IMG/VR virus record: IMGVR_UViG_3300025160_000007
Span: 1-60,672 of that record
DNA: 60,672 bases
Reading direction: 5' to 3' (one strand)
Source of the DNA: a virus
Lineage: Duplodnaviria; Caudoviricetes
Made by a program: the position numbers and the translations under genes. The notes beneath the pieces are model-generated. The model was not told the origin of the DNA and ran no database searches. It saw only the letters and a list, made by a program, of their open reading frames with translations. Below are positions 1 through 9,961 of this stretch, piece after piece (position 1 is the stretch's first letter; every line of letters begins with the position of its first letter).

Positions 1-99
1 CATTTTAGAAGTTGCGATTTATGTTCCCCATATGAAGGAACTATTGTTTCCCTAGATGGGAAAGACAATAGATATCCAACAATCTGGGATGCTGAGACT
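1..99. repeat. 99-bp direct terminal repeat (copy 1), contig circularisation overlap
   Basis: Identical to 60574-60672; an ORF reads through the join in frame. Confidence 0.95.
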
Positions 100-1482
100 C
101 AGGGCTTATTTCACGCAAATTGTTACAGTGATGATACAGAGGTTTATACTTCTAATGGGTGGAAATTATTTAAGGATGTAGAAAATAAAGATAAAATATT
201 TTCTTTAAATCCTAATAGCCATATACCAGAATGGGTTGATTACGTTAAAAAGTTTGAATATAATCCCGGTAATGAAATGATTTCATTTAAAAGTAATTCT
301 TTTGATTTGTTAGTAACAAAGAATCATAACATGTATATTGGCGTAAATAGCCACGCCGAAAATCAAAAGAAGATTATTAAGTGGAAGATAGAAACCGCGG
401 AGAATTGTTTAACTAAGAATTTTAAGCAATTAAGATGTGTTAACTGGGAAGGTTTAGATTTAGAATATAATACCTTTGGCTATACAAAAAAAGAGCTTTC
501 ATTTTTACTTGGAATTTTTATGGCAGAGGGTCATACAGAAAAAGATAATAATAGAATTGTTATTACCCAATATAAAAAAGCATGTATAGAAAAAATAGAA
601 AAAATTCTTAAGCCGATGGGTTTTTACTTTTCAGGCAATAGATTTATAAAAGACAACAGGGAGCTGGCAAATTATTTAAAAACATTCGGGAAACAACCTG
701 AAAGATATATTCCTGAATTCATATTAAACGAAAAGCCTGGAATTATAAAAGAATTTTTAACGGCCTTTTTAATTGGAGATGGAAGTATTAGAAAAAACAA
801 ATCAAAACTAAAGGATATAGAATCGATTTCAAAAACATATTTTACAACAAGCACAAAGCTGGCTGAGCAGATTGGCGAGTGTATTTTAAAGGTTGGTAAA
901 TACCCATCATTTACACTTCAAAAAACAAAAGGGAAATTACAAAAACATTGGAATGGTGACTATAGTTGTAACTATGATATATGGGTAATAAGAGAAAACA
1001 ACAGTAAAATGAGTTATCATAATATTTCAAAAGCTAACAGCCATCGTGGAATTCAATCTAAAATTATAGATTACAATGGAATGGTCTATTGCTTAGAGCT
1101 TGAAAAACATCACATTATGCTAGTTAGAAGAAATGGGAAAATATCCTGGTGTGGGAATTGCAAACATGATGTCGCTGCTTTTTTTGAAGAATATACAGAG
1201 CCAGTGTCTGCGCCTCTCGACCCTGCCGAAGAAAGACTCGTAAATGAAAACGGCTATTCTGAGGCCCAAAAAATAGCCTATAAGGCTCAAGAAAAACAGA
1301 GGTATATAGAACGCCAAATAAGAATGTATAAGCGAAGAGAAGCCGTTGGCCTTGATGAGTTTTCAAAACAAAAGGCTCGAAACAAAATAAAAGAATGGCA
1401 GGGTGTTCAAAGGCAACATTTAAAAAACAATGAATTCTTAAGACGGAAATATGAACGGGAACAAATTAAAAAGGCTCATTAG
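1..1482 (+). CDS. Phage minor capsid protein, C-terminal part, with intein
   Basis: GLFHAN|CKH motif after splicing; C-terminal QKQRYIERQIRMYKRRE...WQ...LRRKYEREQI typical of minor capsid protein 2. Confidence 0.85.
   Translation, partial: HFRSCDLCSPYEGTIVSLDGKDNRYPTIWDAETQGLFHANCYSDDTEVYTSNGWKLFKDVENKDKIFSLNPNSHIPEWVDYVKKFEYNPGNEMISFKSNSFDLLVTKNHNMYIGVNSHAENQKKIIKWKIETAENCLTKNFKQLRCVNWEGLDLEYNTFGYTKKELSFLLGIFMAEGHTEKDNNRIVITQYKKACIEKIEKILKPMGFYFSGNRFIKDNRELANYLKTFGKQPERYIPEFILNEKPGIIKEFLTAFLIGDGSIRKNKSKLKDIESISKTYFTTSTKLAEQIGECILKVGKYPSFTLQKTKGKLQKHWNGDYSCNYDIWVIRENNSKMSYHNISKANSHRGIQSKIIDYNGMVYCLELEKHHIMLVRRNGKISWCGNCKHDVAAFFEEYTEPVSAPLDPAEERLVNENGYSEAQKIAYKAQEKQRYIERQIRMYKRREAVGLDEFSKQKARNKIKEWQGVQRQHLKNNEFLRRKYEREQIKKAH
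121..1158 (+). mobile_element. Intein (346 aa) with LAGLIDADG homing endonuclease
   Basis: Starts CYSDDTEVYTSNGWK; block B LLVTKNHNM; LGIFMAEG and FLTAFLIGDG motifs; ends VYCLE...SWCGN followed by Cys+1. Confidence 0.9.
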
Positions 1483-1489
1483 ATAATTA

Positions 1490-2698
1490 ATGGAGGATAA
1501 TATTTTGAAAAATGAAATAGTAACAACGAATAATCAATTGCCAGTTAACTTAGAAGACTTGAGTAAATTTGTATTAATAGGCAGGGAGAAATTAATAAGC
1601 GTTAAGGCAGAAATTAGAGCAATGAAAAAACTAGATATTGCCAAAGAAGTCAGGGAACAGAAGAAAGAAGAGGCCCAGAACTTAGCAGAGTTATTAATTG
1701 ATGCTGAAGTTAGAATCGGGCAATTAACAAAATTAATAGAGCCATCAAAAGGGCTAAGAACTGATTTGGAACTTAGTAACAGTGCTGTTACTAGGTCAAA
1801 AAAAGAACAACTAGAAAATTTAGGTTTTTCTAAAATGGATACTTCAAGATTTGAGCAGTTAGCCGATAATCCTGAATCGGTTGAAATGGCCAAAGAAAAA
1901 GCAAAGGAAAACAACGAAGTAATCAATAGAACAGCTATATTGAAAGAAATTCAAGATATAAAAAAAGCTGAATTAAAAAGAAAAAGAGAACAGCTAAAAG
2001 AACAAACCCTTAAAACAACGGATTCAAAGAAATCGGAGATAGTTTTCTTTAATTGTGATTGTTTTGAATTTTTAAAAGAGACAAAAGATAATACCGTTGA
2101 TTGCATTGTTACAGACCCTCCATACTCTGTAACGGATAATAGTTGGGATAATTTCAAGTCTGAGGCCTCTTTCTTAAAGTTTATTGATAAAGTACTAAGT
2201 GAATGTAAAAGGGTTTTAAAGCCTAATTATGCCTTTTTTATGTTTATGGACTCAAGGTTGATGAGTAAAGTTGAAGAGCTTATTATAAAAAATAAATTTG
2301 ACTTAAAATCTAGAATAATCTGGGTGCGTAAAAACATGAGCATGGGAAGAGTTGTAAAAGACCGATTTATATCTCAATGGGAAATTTGTTTCTATTGTGG
2401 AAATAAAGAACTAAACTTTCCAGAGGTCTGGGGAGAAGAACGCGGAGATGTTCAAGAGGCGGCTGTTCCTCAAACAAATTATGAAGATAAGAAAATCCAC
2501 CCAACACAAAAGCCTTTAAAGATTGTTGAGCGATTTATTGAGCTTTCAACGAATCAGGGAGATATTGTTATAGACCCATTCTGCGGTGGTGGTACAACGG
2601 CTGCGGCTTGTTATAATTTGGGAAGGCATTGTTCTACTTCGGATATTTCAAAAGAATATATTGATAATGCTAAAGCGAGGATATTTGGCCATGGATAG
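1490..2698 (+). CDS. DNA N6-adenine/N4-cytosine methyltransferase with helical N-terminal extension
   Basis: TDPPY motif IV, HPTQKP, DPFCGGGTT motif I (beta-class order). Confidence 0.9.
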   Translation: MEDNILKNEIVTTNNQLPVNLEDLSKFVLIGREKLISVKAEIRAMKKLDIAKEVREQKKEEAQNLAELLIDAEVRIGQLTKLIEPSKGLRTDLELSNSAVTRSKKEQLENLGFSKMDTSRFEQLADNPESVEMAKEKAKENNEVINRTAILKEIQDIKKAELKRKREQLKEQTLKTTDSKKSEIVFFNCDCFEFLKETKDNTVDCIVTDPPYSVTDNSWDNFKSEASFLKFIDKVLSECKRVLKPNYAFFMFMDSRLMSKVEELIIKNKFDLKSRIIWVRKNMSMGRVVKDRFISQWEICFYCGNKELNFPEVWGEERGDVQEAAVPQTNYEDKKIHPTQKPLKIVERFIELSTNQGDIVIDPFCGGGTTAAACYNLGRHCSTSDISKEYIDNAKARIFGHG

Positions 2699-3317
2699 GA
2701 CAGTTGCTTTTAAGCAGACTGAAGAATATAAACAAAGTTTAAAAATGAGAAGCTCCTGTGACAAAGTTTTAAAATATGTATTTGGGGTGAATGAATCATC
2801 AATAATAAGATATGAGAAAGAATGTGGCCCTCACGTTCTTGACCAAGAGTTCGCGATTGACTTGAAGGTAATATTGCCAAACAAGATGCAACTAAGTGGA
2901 CAGGAAAAAGCTTTAACATTTAGATATTATAGCTATAAAACGTTCACAATTGAATTCTATCAAAACAGACATGATTATGAAGTACAGAGGCCAGATGGGA
3001 CAATAATGAAACCTAAAGAACCTGGAGAATGGTTCAAGATAGCATCTCAATTTTATTTGTCTGGCTATAGCGATAAATCAGGAGTCAGATTTATTGAATG
3101 GAAGATAATAAAAATGTTTGATTTTATGTTATGGCAGCGGGAACAGGACATAGATAATCTTGAAAAAAAATGCAGGCCATGCACAAATAGCCACGCGAAT
3201 TTTTTACCTATAAGATATAAAGATATTCCATTAGATTGTATATATGCTGAAGGGAATCTTCTTAAGAAAAAAGCGATTATTAGAGGGAAGATAGAAGATT
3301 TTGCTATTTGTAAATAA
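2691..3317 (+). CDS. Hypothetical protein, possible PD-(D/E)xK nuclease fold
   Basis: LDQEFAID...GQEK pattern; overlaps the MTase stop. Confidence 0.4.
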   Translation: MDRTVAFKQTEEYKQSLKMRSSCDKVLKYVFGVNESSIIRYEKECGPHVLDQEFAIDLKVILPNKMQLSGQEKALTFRYYSYKTFTIEFYQNRHDYEVQRPDGTIMKPKEPGEWFKIASQFYLSGYSDKSGVRFIEWKIIKMFDFMLWQREQDIDNLEKKCRPCTNSHANFLPIRYKDIPLDCIYAEGNLLKKKAIIRGKIEDFAICK

Positions 3318-3322
3318 GTAAT

Positions 3323-3347
3323 AAAAAAGGCCTCCAGGCCTTTTTTT
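3323..3347. terminator. Bidirectional intrinsic terminator
   Basis: AAAAAAGGCCT-CC-AGGCCTTTTTTT between convergent genes. Confidence 0.8.
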
Positions 3348-3537
3348 ATCTTCCTTGCTTAAGTTCTCTAATTGCCTGTTCTATAAGTTGTGGCGGCCAG
3401 TCAAAGCCGTTCTCGTCTATAATCCCGGCATATTCTCTTAATTCGTACATGCTAAAGGCTGAGATGTTCTTGTTTTCGTTTTTCATGCTTTCTCTTATTG
3501 CCTCTTTTATTTCTTTTATAATTTCTGAATTCCCCAT
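3346..3537 (-). CDS. Small hypothetical protein, paralog of 46072-46413
   Basis: GGAGG SD; shared E(I/L)IKxIK...ES...LxExA..IxExG..DWP pattern. Confidence 0.7.
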   Translation of the reverse strand: MGNSEIIKEIKEAIRESMKNENKNISAFSMYELREYAGIIDENGFDWPPQLIEQAIRELKQGR

Positions 3538-3596
3538 TTTGAAACCTCCGTTTATTTTTATTTTTTGGGGAGGTTGGGCCTCCCCGGTGTTGCTTT

Positions 3597-3881
3597 TTAT
3601 TTTTTTAAGTAAAGCCTTCTAACTTCATAATCGTTGTTAATTCTATTATTTAAAACTATTGTTATGCTTGTTAGTGCGCCAACTCTGTATTCGTTTTTAA
3701 AGGCCTTAAACATCTCTTCGCTAACTTCGGTGCTTATGTATAGTGTATTAATGTCTCTTGCTGTGCAGGCTGATGTTAATAATTCCGGGTAATCATGGTC
3801 TATTTCGGGTGTTACTACTGGCAAATCGCCGGGTGCTAACTTATAGCTGTTCATCTTTCTAATAGCTTCAAAATTGTTCAT
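3597..3881 (-). CDS. Hypothetical protein
   Basis: GGAGG SD and dedicated promoter. Confidence 0.75.
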   Translation of the reverse strand: MNNFEAIRKMNSYKLAPGDLPVVTPEIDHDYPELLTSACTARDINTLYISTEVSEEMFKAFKNEYRVGALTSITIVLNNRINNDYEVRRLYLKK

Positions 3882-3932
3882 GGTAGTACCTCCAACAAAT
3901 TATTTAGTAACTTCGTTCTTTACTATACTTAT

Positions 3933-3961
3933 ATTATACCATGAAGGTAATACCCAGTCAA
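3933..3961 (-). promoter_or_regulatory. sigmaA promoter with GTATTAC box
   Basis: TTGACT-17-TATAAT; GTATTAC 2 nt after the -35. Confidence 0.8.
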
Positions 3962-4044
3962 TACTTTTTATAAAAATAATTAAAGTTTTTTTATATATTG
4001 CAATTAACCGCAGATTATTATAAAATATTAAATAAAAGAAAGGG

Positions 4045-5019
4045 GTGTTCTATATTTTTAAAGATAAAAAGATTCTGATAATTGGCGGGACTGGCAGCTT
4101 TGGTAATAAATTTATTTCAAGAATATTAGAGACAGATGTAAAGAAAATATATTGTTTTTCTAGGGATGAATTAAAACAATATGAGATGAAACAAAAATTT
4201 GAAGATGAAAGACTTTGTTTTTTTATAGGGGATATAAGGGATTATGACAGGCTGTTAATGGCTTTTAAGGGAATAGACTATGTTATACACGCGGCAGCCT
4301 TAAAGCAAGTTCCAGCCTGTGAGTTTAATCCCTTTGAAGCAGTTAAAACAAACATAATCGGCGCACAAAACATTATACAGGCTGCTATTGAGCGCAGCGT
4401 TGAAAAAGTTATTGCTTTGTCAACAGATAAGGCTGTGGCACCAATAAACCTATATGGAGCGACAAAGTTATGTATGGAAAAACTTTTTATTGCAGGGAAT
4501 AATTATGTTGGAGCTGCAAATACTAAGTTTTCATGCGTTCGATATGGGAATGTCATAGGGTCAAGAGGCTCCGTAATACCGTTGTGGCTCAAAGCCGAAA
4601 AAGAAGACAAGGAGTTTCTTTTAACTGATATTGAAATGACCAGGTTCTGGATAACATTAGATAATGCTGTTAATATGGTTTTTATTGGATTCCAGTCGAT
4701 GCTAGGTAGTGAAATTTTTGTTCCGTGGTTAAGGGCTATAAAGATGATAGACCTTGCAAAGGCAATAAATCCAAAAAGACCCATTAAAATAGTTGGAATA
4801 AGGCAGGGCGAAAAAATTAATGAAACACTTATAAGCTTAGAAGAATCTGAAAGGGCCTTTTCAAATATGGATGGGGATTTTTATATTATTGTTCCAGACA
4901 AAAAAATGTTTTCTAAATACAAGGGCCTGCAAATAAAAACATCTTTCGAATATTCTAGTAATAATGCAGAATATTTAAAAAGAGAAGAAATAGAGGAGAT
5001 GATTAAATGTCTAAAATAA
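4045..5019 (+). CDS. pseB: UDP-GlcNAc 4,6-dehydratase (inverting)
   Basis: GGTGSFG, HAAALKQVPACEFNPFEAVKTN, STDKA...NLYGATK, RYGNVIGSRGSV. Confidence 0.9.
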   Translation: MFYIFKDKKILIIGGTGSFGNKFISRILETDVKKIYCFSRDELKQYEMKQKFEDERLCFFIGDIRDYDRLLMAFKGIDYVIHAAALKQVPACEFNPFEAVKTNIIGAQNIIQAAIERSVEKVIALSTDKAVAPINLYGATKLCMEKLFIAGNNYVGAANTKFSCVRYGNVIGSRGSVIPLWLKAEKEDKEFLLTDIEMTRFWITLDNAVNMVFIGFQSMLGSEIFVPWLRAIKMIDLAKAINPKRPIKIVGIRQGEKINETLISLEESERAFSNMDGDFYIIVPDKKMFSKYKGLQIKTSFEYSSNNAEYLKREEIEEMIKCLK

Positions 5020-6092
5020 TAAGTTATGGGAAACAATTTATTGATGAGGATGATATCGACTCTGTTATTAATGTACTTAAAAGCGATTATTTAACTACTG
5101 GGCCAGCCGTTGATAAGTTTGAAAATGAATTATGCGAGTATACCGGATATAGTCATTGCAGCGTTGTTTCAAGTGGGACAGCGGCTTTACATTGTGCGAT
5201 TGCTTCTTTGATGATGGATTCTCATTCAGAAGTTATAGTTCCAGCGATTTCTTTTGTAGCAACATCGAACTGCGTTCTTTATCAAGGGTGTAGACCTGTT
5301 TTTTGCGATATTGATGAAGATACTTTACTTATTGATGTTAATAAAATTGAATCCTTAATAACTAGAAATACAAAGGCTATAATTGCGATGGATTATGCGG
5401 GCCAGCAATGTGACTATTCTAAAATAAAAGAAATTTGTATCAAATATAATTTAGTTTTTATTTTAGATGCCTGCCATTCTTTAGGGAATATTTTTTCATT
5501 CGGAATAAACCCAGACCCTGATATTATTTGTTATAGTTTTCATCCGGTTAAGCACATAACAACAGGCGAAGGTGGAGCGGCCCTTACAAATGATTATGTC
5601 TACCATCAAAGAATTAAATCTTTTAGAAACCATGGCCGATTTAAACTTGAGATGACTCAACTGGGTTTTAATTATAGAATGTCAGACATTAACGCGGCTC
5701 TGGGAAGTAGCCAATTGTGTGGATTAGATGGTTTTATTTCAAAAAGGCGTGACATAGCAGCTAAATATAATTTCAATCTTGATGCCCATATTCAATTGGC
5801 AAAAATCAACAATCATGTTTATCACTTATATGTCGTCAAAATAAAAAATAGAAATAAATTTATTAGATACATGATGGAAAACGACGTAATTTGTGCCGTT
5901 CATTATCCACCTATTTATAGCCAGCCATATTATAAACTTAACGGATATGGGCATTATAAGGAAATATGTCCTTCAGCAGAAAAGATAAAGGATTTAATTG
6001 TTTCTCTGCCAATATATTATTCTTTGGAAGATGAAGAACAGGAAAAGGTTATTAATTTAGTTAATAACTTTATGGAGGGAAACCAGACATGA
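5007..6092 (+). CDS. pseC: PLP-dependent UDP-sugar aminotransferase (DegT family)
   Basis: YGKQFIDEDDI, LTTGP, DACHSLG, SFHPVKHITTGEGG, GFNYRMSD. Confidence 0.85.
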   Translation: MSKIISYGKQFIDEDDIDSVINVLKSDYLTTGPAVDKFENELCEYTGYSHCSVVSSGTAALHCAIASLMMDSHSEVIVPAISFVATSNCVLYQGCRPVFCDIDEDTLLIDVNKIESLITRNTKAIIAMDYAGQQCDYSKIKEICIKYNLVFILDACHSLGNIFSFGINPDPDIICYSFHPVKHITTGEGGAALTNDYVYHQRIKSFRNHGRFKLEMTQLGFNYRMSDINAALGSSQLCGLDGFISKRRDIAAKYNFNLDAHIQLAKINNHVYHLYVVKIKNRNKFIRYMMENDVICAVHYPPIYSQPYYKLNGYGHYKEICPSAEKIKDLIVSLPIYYSLEDEEQEKVINLVNNFMEGNQT

Positions 6093-6706
6093 GGCAGATT
6101 ATACTTGACATGGGCAGCGGCAATACCTGTCGCAACAACAAATTACTTATTCGGGAAATGTATGATAGTTTGGATTTAATTGATAATCATAAATATGAGG
6201 TAATTGTTAAATGGCAATTATTCCAGCGGGCAGGGGATAATATACCTTTGAATAAAAGGTCTTTTGACTATGCTTATCATTATGGGCATGACCTCGGTTA
6301 TAAGGTAACAGCATCTGCCTTTGACAGAGATTCTTTAGATTTTTTGATGGGATATAAAGTACCATTTATAAAAATTGCAAATAACTCAAAATTGCATTAT
6401 TTAATAAAAAATATCCCCGAAGATATTATGTTATATATATCGTCAGATTTACCTTTGTATTTGGAAAGAAGAAAGGCAACCTATAAACATTTGTGGTGTG
6501 TTAGCAAATACCCAGCATTGATTTCGGATTATGAAAAGTTTAAATTGAAAAAAGGGTCTTATTTATCTGACCATACTCAAGATTTTAAATTATTCTTTGC
6601 AAAGAATCCGGAAATAATAGAGTGGCACTATAAACTTGTTAGTTCGGTCGGGCTTGACGCGGGTGTTTTTGCAAGAACTCCAGAGCAATTAAGTAAAATA
6701 TTATAA
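6089..6706 (+). CDS. Short NeuB/PseI-like nonulosonic acid synthase (no C-terminal SAF domain)
   Basis: VKWQL, SAFD, PFIKIA, CVSKYP, SDHT, IIEWH motifs of the NeuB barrel; only 205 aa. Confidence 0.7.
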   Translation: MRQIILDMGSGNTCRNNKLLIREMYDSLDLIDNHKYEVIVKWQLFQRAGDNIPLNKRSFDYAYHYGHDLGYKVTASAFDRDSLDFLMGYKVPFIKIANNSKLHYLIKNIPEDIMLYISSDLPLYLERRKATYKHLWCVSKYPALISDYEKFKLKKGSYLSDHTQDFKLFFAKNPEIIEWHYKLVSSVGLDAGVFARTPEQLSKIL

Positions 6707-6729
6707 AAAGTAAAAGGGGATGAGTTTGA

Positions 6730-7383
6730 ATGATAACAATGTTGATTCCATCAAGAATAGATTCAAATAGGCTATATGGGAAGGCTTTAATGCGGATAAA
6801 CGGAAGGGAACTTCTTGATTATGTATTAGAGGCTTGTTTAAAGGCTCATTTAATTGATTTTATTGGAATAATAACAACAGATAGAAACGATGATTTTGAT
6901 ATTTATGAAAAATTCTGCAGTAAAATTTTTGTTTATAGATGTCCGGAGCCTGATTATAATAATGTGTTGTTAAGATATGATTTAGCAATTAGGGAAATTG
7001 AACAAACAATCGGCAAAAAATTAAAGCATATTATGAGAATAACAAATGACTGCCCGCTGTTGTACTATAAACCACACATAATAGATAAGGTAATAGCTTA
7101 TCATTTAAAGGATAATAATGATTTTACCCATAATCGAGGGCTTCTTGGATATCCCAGTGGATTTGATGTTGAGATAATGAAGAGGGAGGCAATTAAAAAA
7201 GCTTTAAAGGCCGCAACTCAAGAAGAGCGAGAACATGTAACTTTGCACATAAAAAACAACCCAGAATTATTTAAAATTGGAGAGGTAAATGCTCCATTTA
7301 TAATGGAAAATAGAAAATATAGTATAGATACAAAGGAAGAGCTAGAGAATATTAAGAAAATAATTGAACTGTTGGAGGTTTAA
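6730..7383 (+). CDS. SpsF/PseF-like cytidylyltransferase
   Basis: SRIDSNRLYGKAL, RITNDCPL, PSGFDVE, EREHVT. Confidence 0.8.
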   Translation: MITMLIPSRIDSNRLYGKALMRINGRELLDYVLEACLKAHLIDFIGIITTDRNDDFDIYEKFCSKIFVYRCPEPDYNNVLLRYDLAIREIEQTIGKKLKHIMRITNDCPLLYYKPHIIDKVIAYHLKDNNDFTHNRGLLGYPSGFDVEIMKREAIKKALKAATQEEREHVTLHIKNNPELFKIGEVNAPFIMENRKYSIDTKEELENIKKIIELLEV

Positions 7384-7384
7384 A

Positions 7385-7984
7385 ATGGGATTAGGTTTTG
7401 ATGTTAAATTAGGCGAAATGAATATACATACATGCGAATTAGTAAGACGATGGAGAAATACCATGGAGGGTGTCTTAAGAACTCCTTTTTTATTAACTGC
7501 GGAAATGCAAGCAGATTTTTATAATAAAACTGTATGTAATAGATTTTCTAATGCTAGATTTTGGAGCGTTAATGCAAAGGCTATCACAGAAATAAATGAT
7601 ACAAATGAAAAGGCTCTCGCTGCTGAAGGCGGAGATGGTCGATTTGTTGGCATGGTTGGTTTGATAAATATAGAATGGGAGAATAGTTTGGCTGAGATTT
7701 CTATGTTATTAAATCCAGATTGTCACGGGCTTGGAATTGGAGACAAGGCTTTTGATTTATTATTGGAAAAAGGATTCGACCATTTAAACTTAGCCAGTAT
7801 ATATGGCGAATGTTACGAATGTAACAGTGCAATTCCTTTTTGGGAGAAACAAATTGATAAGTATAAGGCATATAAAACAAAGTTACCTAACAAAAAATAT
7901 TATAAGGGTGAACACCATGATTCAATTTATTTTAACTTTGATTTTGTCAATTACTTAGGGTATAAGAGACCAGTTCATCCTTAA
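7385..7984 (+). CDS. GNAT N-acetyltransferase (PseH-like)
   Basis: VRRWRN, VGMVGLINIEW, HGLGIG acetyl-CoA motif, RimJ/RimL-type layout. Confidence 0.75.
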   Translation: MGLGFDVKLGEMNIHTCELVRRWRNTMEGVLRTPFLLTAEMQADFYNKTVCNRFSNARFWSVNAKAITEINDTNEKALAAEGGDGRFVGMVGLINIEWENSLAEISMLLNPDCHGLGIGDKAFDLLLEKGFDHLNLASIYGECYECNSAIPFWEKQIDKYKAYKTKLPNKKYYKGEHHDSIYFNFDFVNYLGYKRPVHP

Positions 7985-8013
7985 TTGAAAATCTTTAAGA
8001 AAAGAGGCGTTTT

Positions 8014-9339
8014 ATGAATCTTTTAGTAATAAGTAACCAGTCAGAGGCCATTGAATTAATGAAAAGATATAAGGGTAATTATACTTTTATTAGTAAGAGA
8101 AAACTAACAAAAGAGCAGCTGCCAGCTGGTTATAAAATAGGAGCAAATGTTAGAACATATGCCCACACAAGAATGAAAAAGGGATTATATTATACAAAAA
8201 TTAACTGGAATAATATCCCTCCATTGGATAGCCAGACTATTGAAGCCCTTTCATATTGCGAAGCAGAAACTCTTAAGATGTTTGAGAGAATTGGGAAGGT
8301 TAACGCTCAATTGTATTCAAGCCGAAAACAACATTATATGAACCATCTAAGGTATTGGAATTATATTCTTGATGTTAATAAGATAGATGTTTTTTATAGA
8401 TGTGCTCCTCCGCATGAGGGCTATGATAATGTAATTTATCATTTATGTCTTTATAAAAAGATTCCAATTTATATGTTTTACCAGCTACATCCCAAGCTTG
8501 CATATTTCGCGAGGAATGTAAGGGAGCCGCTGCCTAACATCACAGATATTTATAAAAAAATGTTAGACGATTATAAAGACAACAACAATAAAGAGGAAAT
8601 ATTAAGAAAGGGTCTGAGGACTTTGATGGATGAACATTGGAACAAAAAGATTCCAAGCGTTTCTCCAACAATTATCCCTGATAAAAAAAAGGGAACACAA
8701 AAAAACTTATTAAAACTTCATAAGGGCCTGTTAAAATTTTATGCATCTCAATGTGTAAAACCAAACTATAACAAGCCATATATTTATTTTCCTTTACATT
8801 ATCAATATGAGGCAACAACGTGTCCCATGGGCGGGATATACAGCGACCAACTATTAGCAATTGAACTATTATCAAGAGCTGGCATTCAGGTATATGTAAA
8901 AGAACATCCAAGGATGTCAAAAAACCGGTCTCTGGCTTATTATAAAAAATTATTATCAATGCCGAATGTTAGTCTTGTTTCAATTAAGGCCGACAATTAT
9001 GCTTTGATAGATAATAGCTTTTGTGTTTCAACAATAACTGGAACGGCTGGGTGGCAGGCTATATTACGCGGGAAAACTTGTCTAATGTTTGGATTTAATT
9101 TTTATCAATATGCACCCGGGTGTTTCCAGATAAAAACTTTGGAAGATTTAAAGCCAGCTATTGATGGAATAAAAAGTTATGTTCCTAATAGAGCCCATAT
9201 TGAAATATTTTTAAAAAGTATGGAGGAGTTCCTTTTTGACCATAATACTATTTCAAATATGACGGCATTTTCAAATGAATTAAAAAAACTTGAAAAAGAA
9301 AGGTTGATGAACGATGAAGAATCAAAGCGACATATTTAA
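8014..9339 (+). CDS. Capsule polysaccharide biosynthesis (KpsS-like) protein, putative ulosonic acid transferase
   Basis: YFPLHYQYEAT, VKEHP, TITGTAGWQAILRGK. Confidence 0.7.
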   Translation: MNLLVISNQSEAIELMKRYKGNYTFISKRKLTKEQLPAGYKIGANVRTYAHTRMKKGLYYTKINWNNIPPLDSQTIEALSYCEAETLKMFERIGKVNAQLYSSRKQHYMNHLRYWNYILDVNKIDVFYRCAPPHEGYDNVIYHLCLYKKIPIYMFYQLHPKLAYFARNVREPLPNITDIYKKMLDDYKDNNNKEEILRKGLRTLMDEHWNKKIPSVSPTIIPDKKKGTQKNLLKLHKGLLKFYASQCVKPNYNKPYIYFPLHYQYEATTCPMGGIYSDQLLAIELLSRAGIQVYVKEHPRMSKNRSLAYYKKLLSMPNVSLVSIKADNYALIDNSFCVSTITGTAGWQAILRGKTCLMFGFNFYQYAPGCFQIKTLEDLKPAIDGIKSYVPNRAHIEIFLKSMEEFLFDHNTISNMTAFSNELKKLEKERLMNDEESKRHI

Positions 9340-9961
9340 TTCAACAATAGAGCTGACACATGAATTTTGGGAAAACCCTGGTAATAGAAACAGGCCAAAG
9401 GATTATGCGGCTCATAAAGAAAGAAGTAAATTTTTAATTAATAATGTATTTAGCAAGTTAAAAACTAAAAAAGACGCTCCAATATTAGAGATTGGATGTA
9501 ACTGTGGAAGGAATTTAAAATTTCTTCAAGATGATGGTTATACTAATTTAACCGGGATTGATATAAGTCAAGAGGCTATTGACTACAGTAAAAAGGTTTA
9601 CCCAGAATTAAATGCTTATTTAATAGTTTCTCCAATAGAAGAGATTATTGACTCGTTCAAACTTAAGAGTTTTGATGTTGTTTTTACTTTCGCGGTTTTA
9701 ATGCATATCCACCAAGACAGCGAATGGGTGTTCAATAGAATAAAAAGGATATCAAAAAAATATATAGTAATTTGTGAAGACCAGAGAAGAGATTATAAAA
9801 AAATATTTGAATCAGGCCAAAATAAATTTATCCAAGTTGAAGAGATTCAAACAGGCAAATTTATCAAGCTTGATAAAAAATATATTACAAGAATATTTGA
9901 GAGAAAAATAAAAGAATCCCCTTCTTTAGAATTTAGTGGAGTATCTCATGACCTCGATTGA
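9314..9961 (+). CDS. Class I SAM-dependent methyltransferase
   Basis: ILEIGCNCGRNL, GIDIS, FDVVFTFAVLMHI. Confidence 0.85.
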   Translation: MKNQSDIFNSTIELTHEFWENPGNRNRPKDYAAHKERSKFLINNVFSKLKTKKDAPILEIGCNCGRNLKFLQDDGYTNLTGIDISQEAIDYSKKVYPELNAYLIVSPIEEIIDSFKLKSFDVVFTFAVLMHIHQDSEWVFNRIKRISKKYIVICEDQRRDYKKIFESGQNKFIQVEEIQTGKFIKLDKKYITRIFERKIKESPSLEFSGVSHDLD

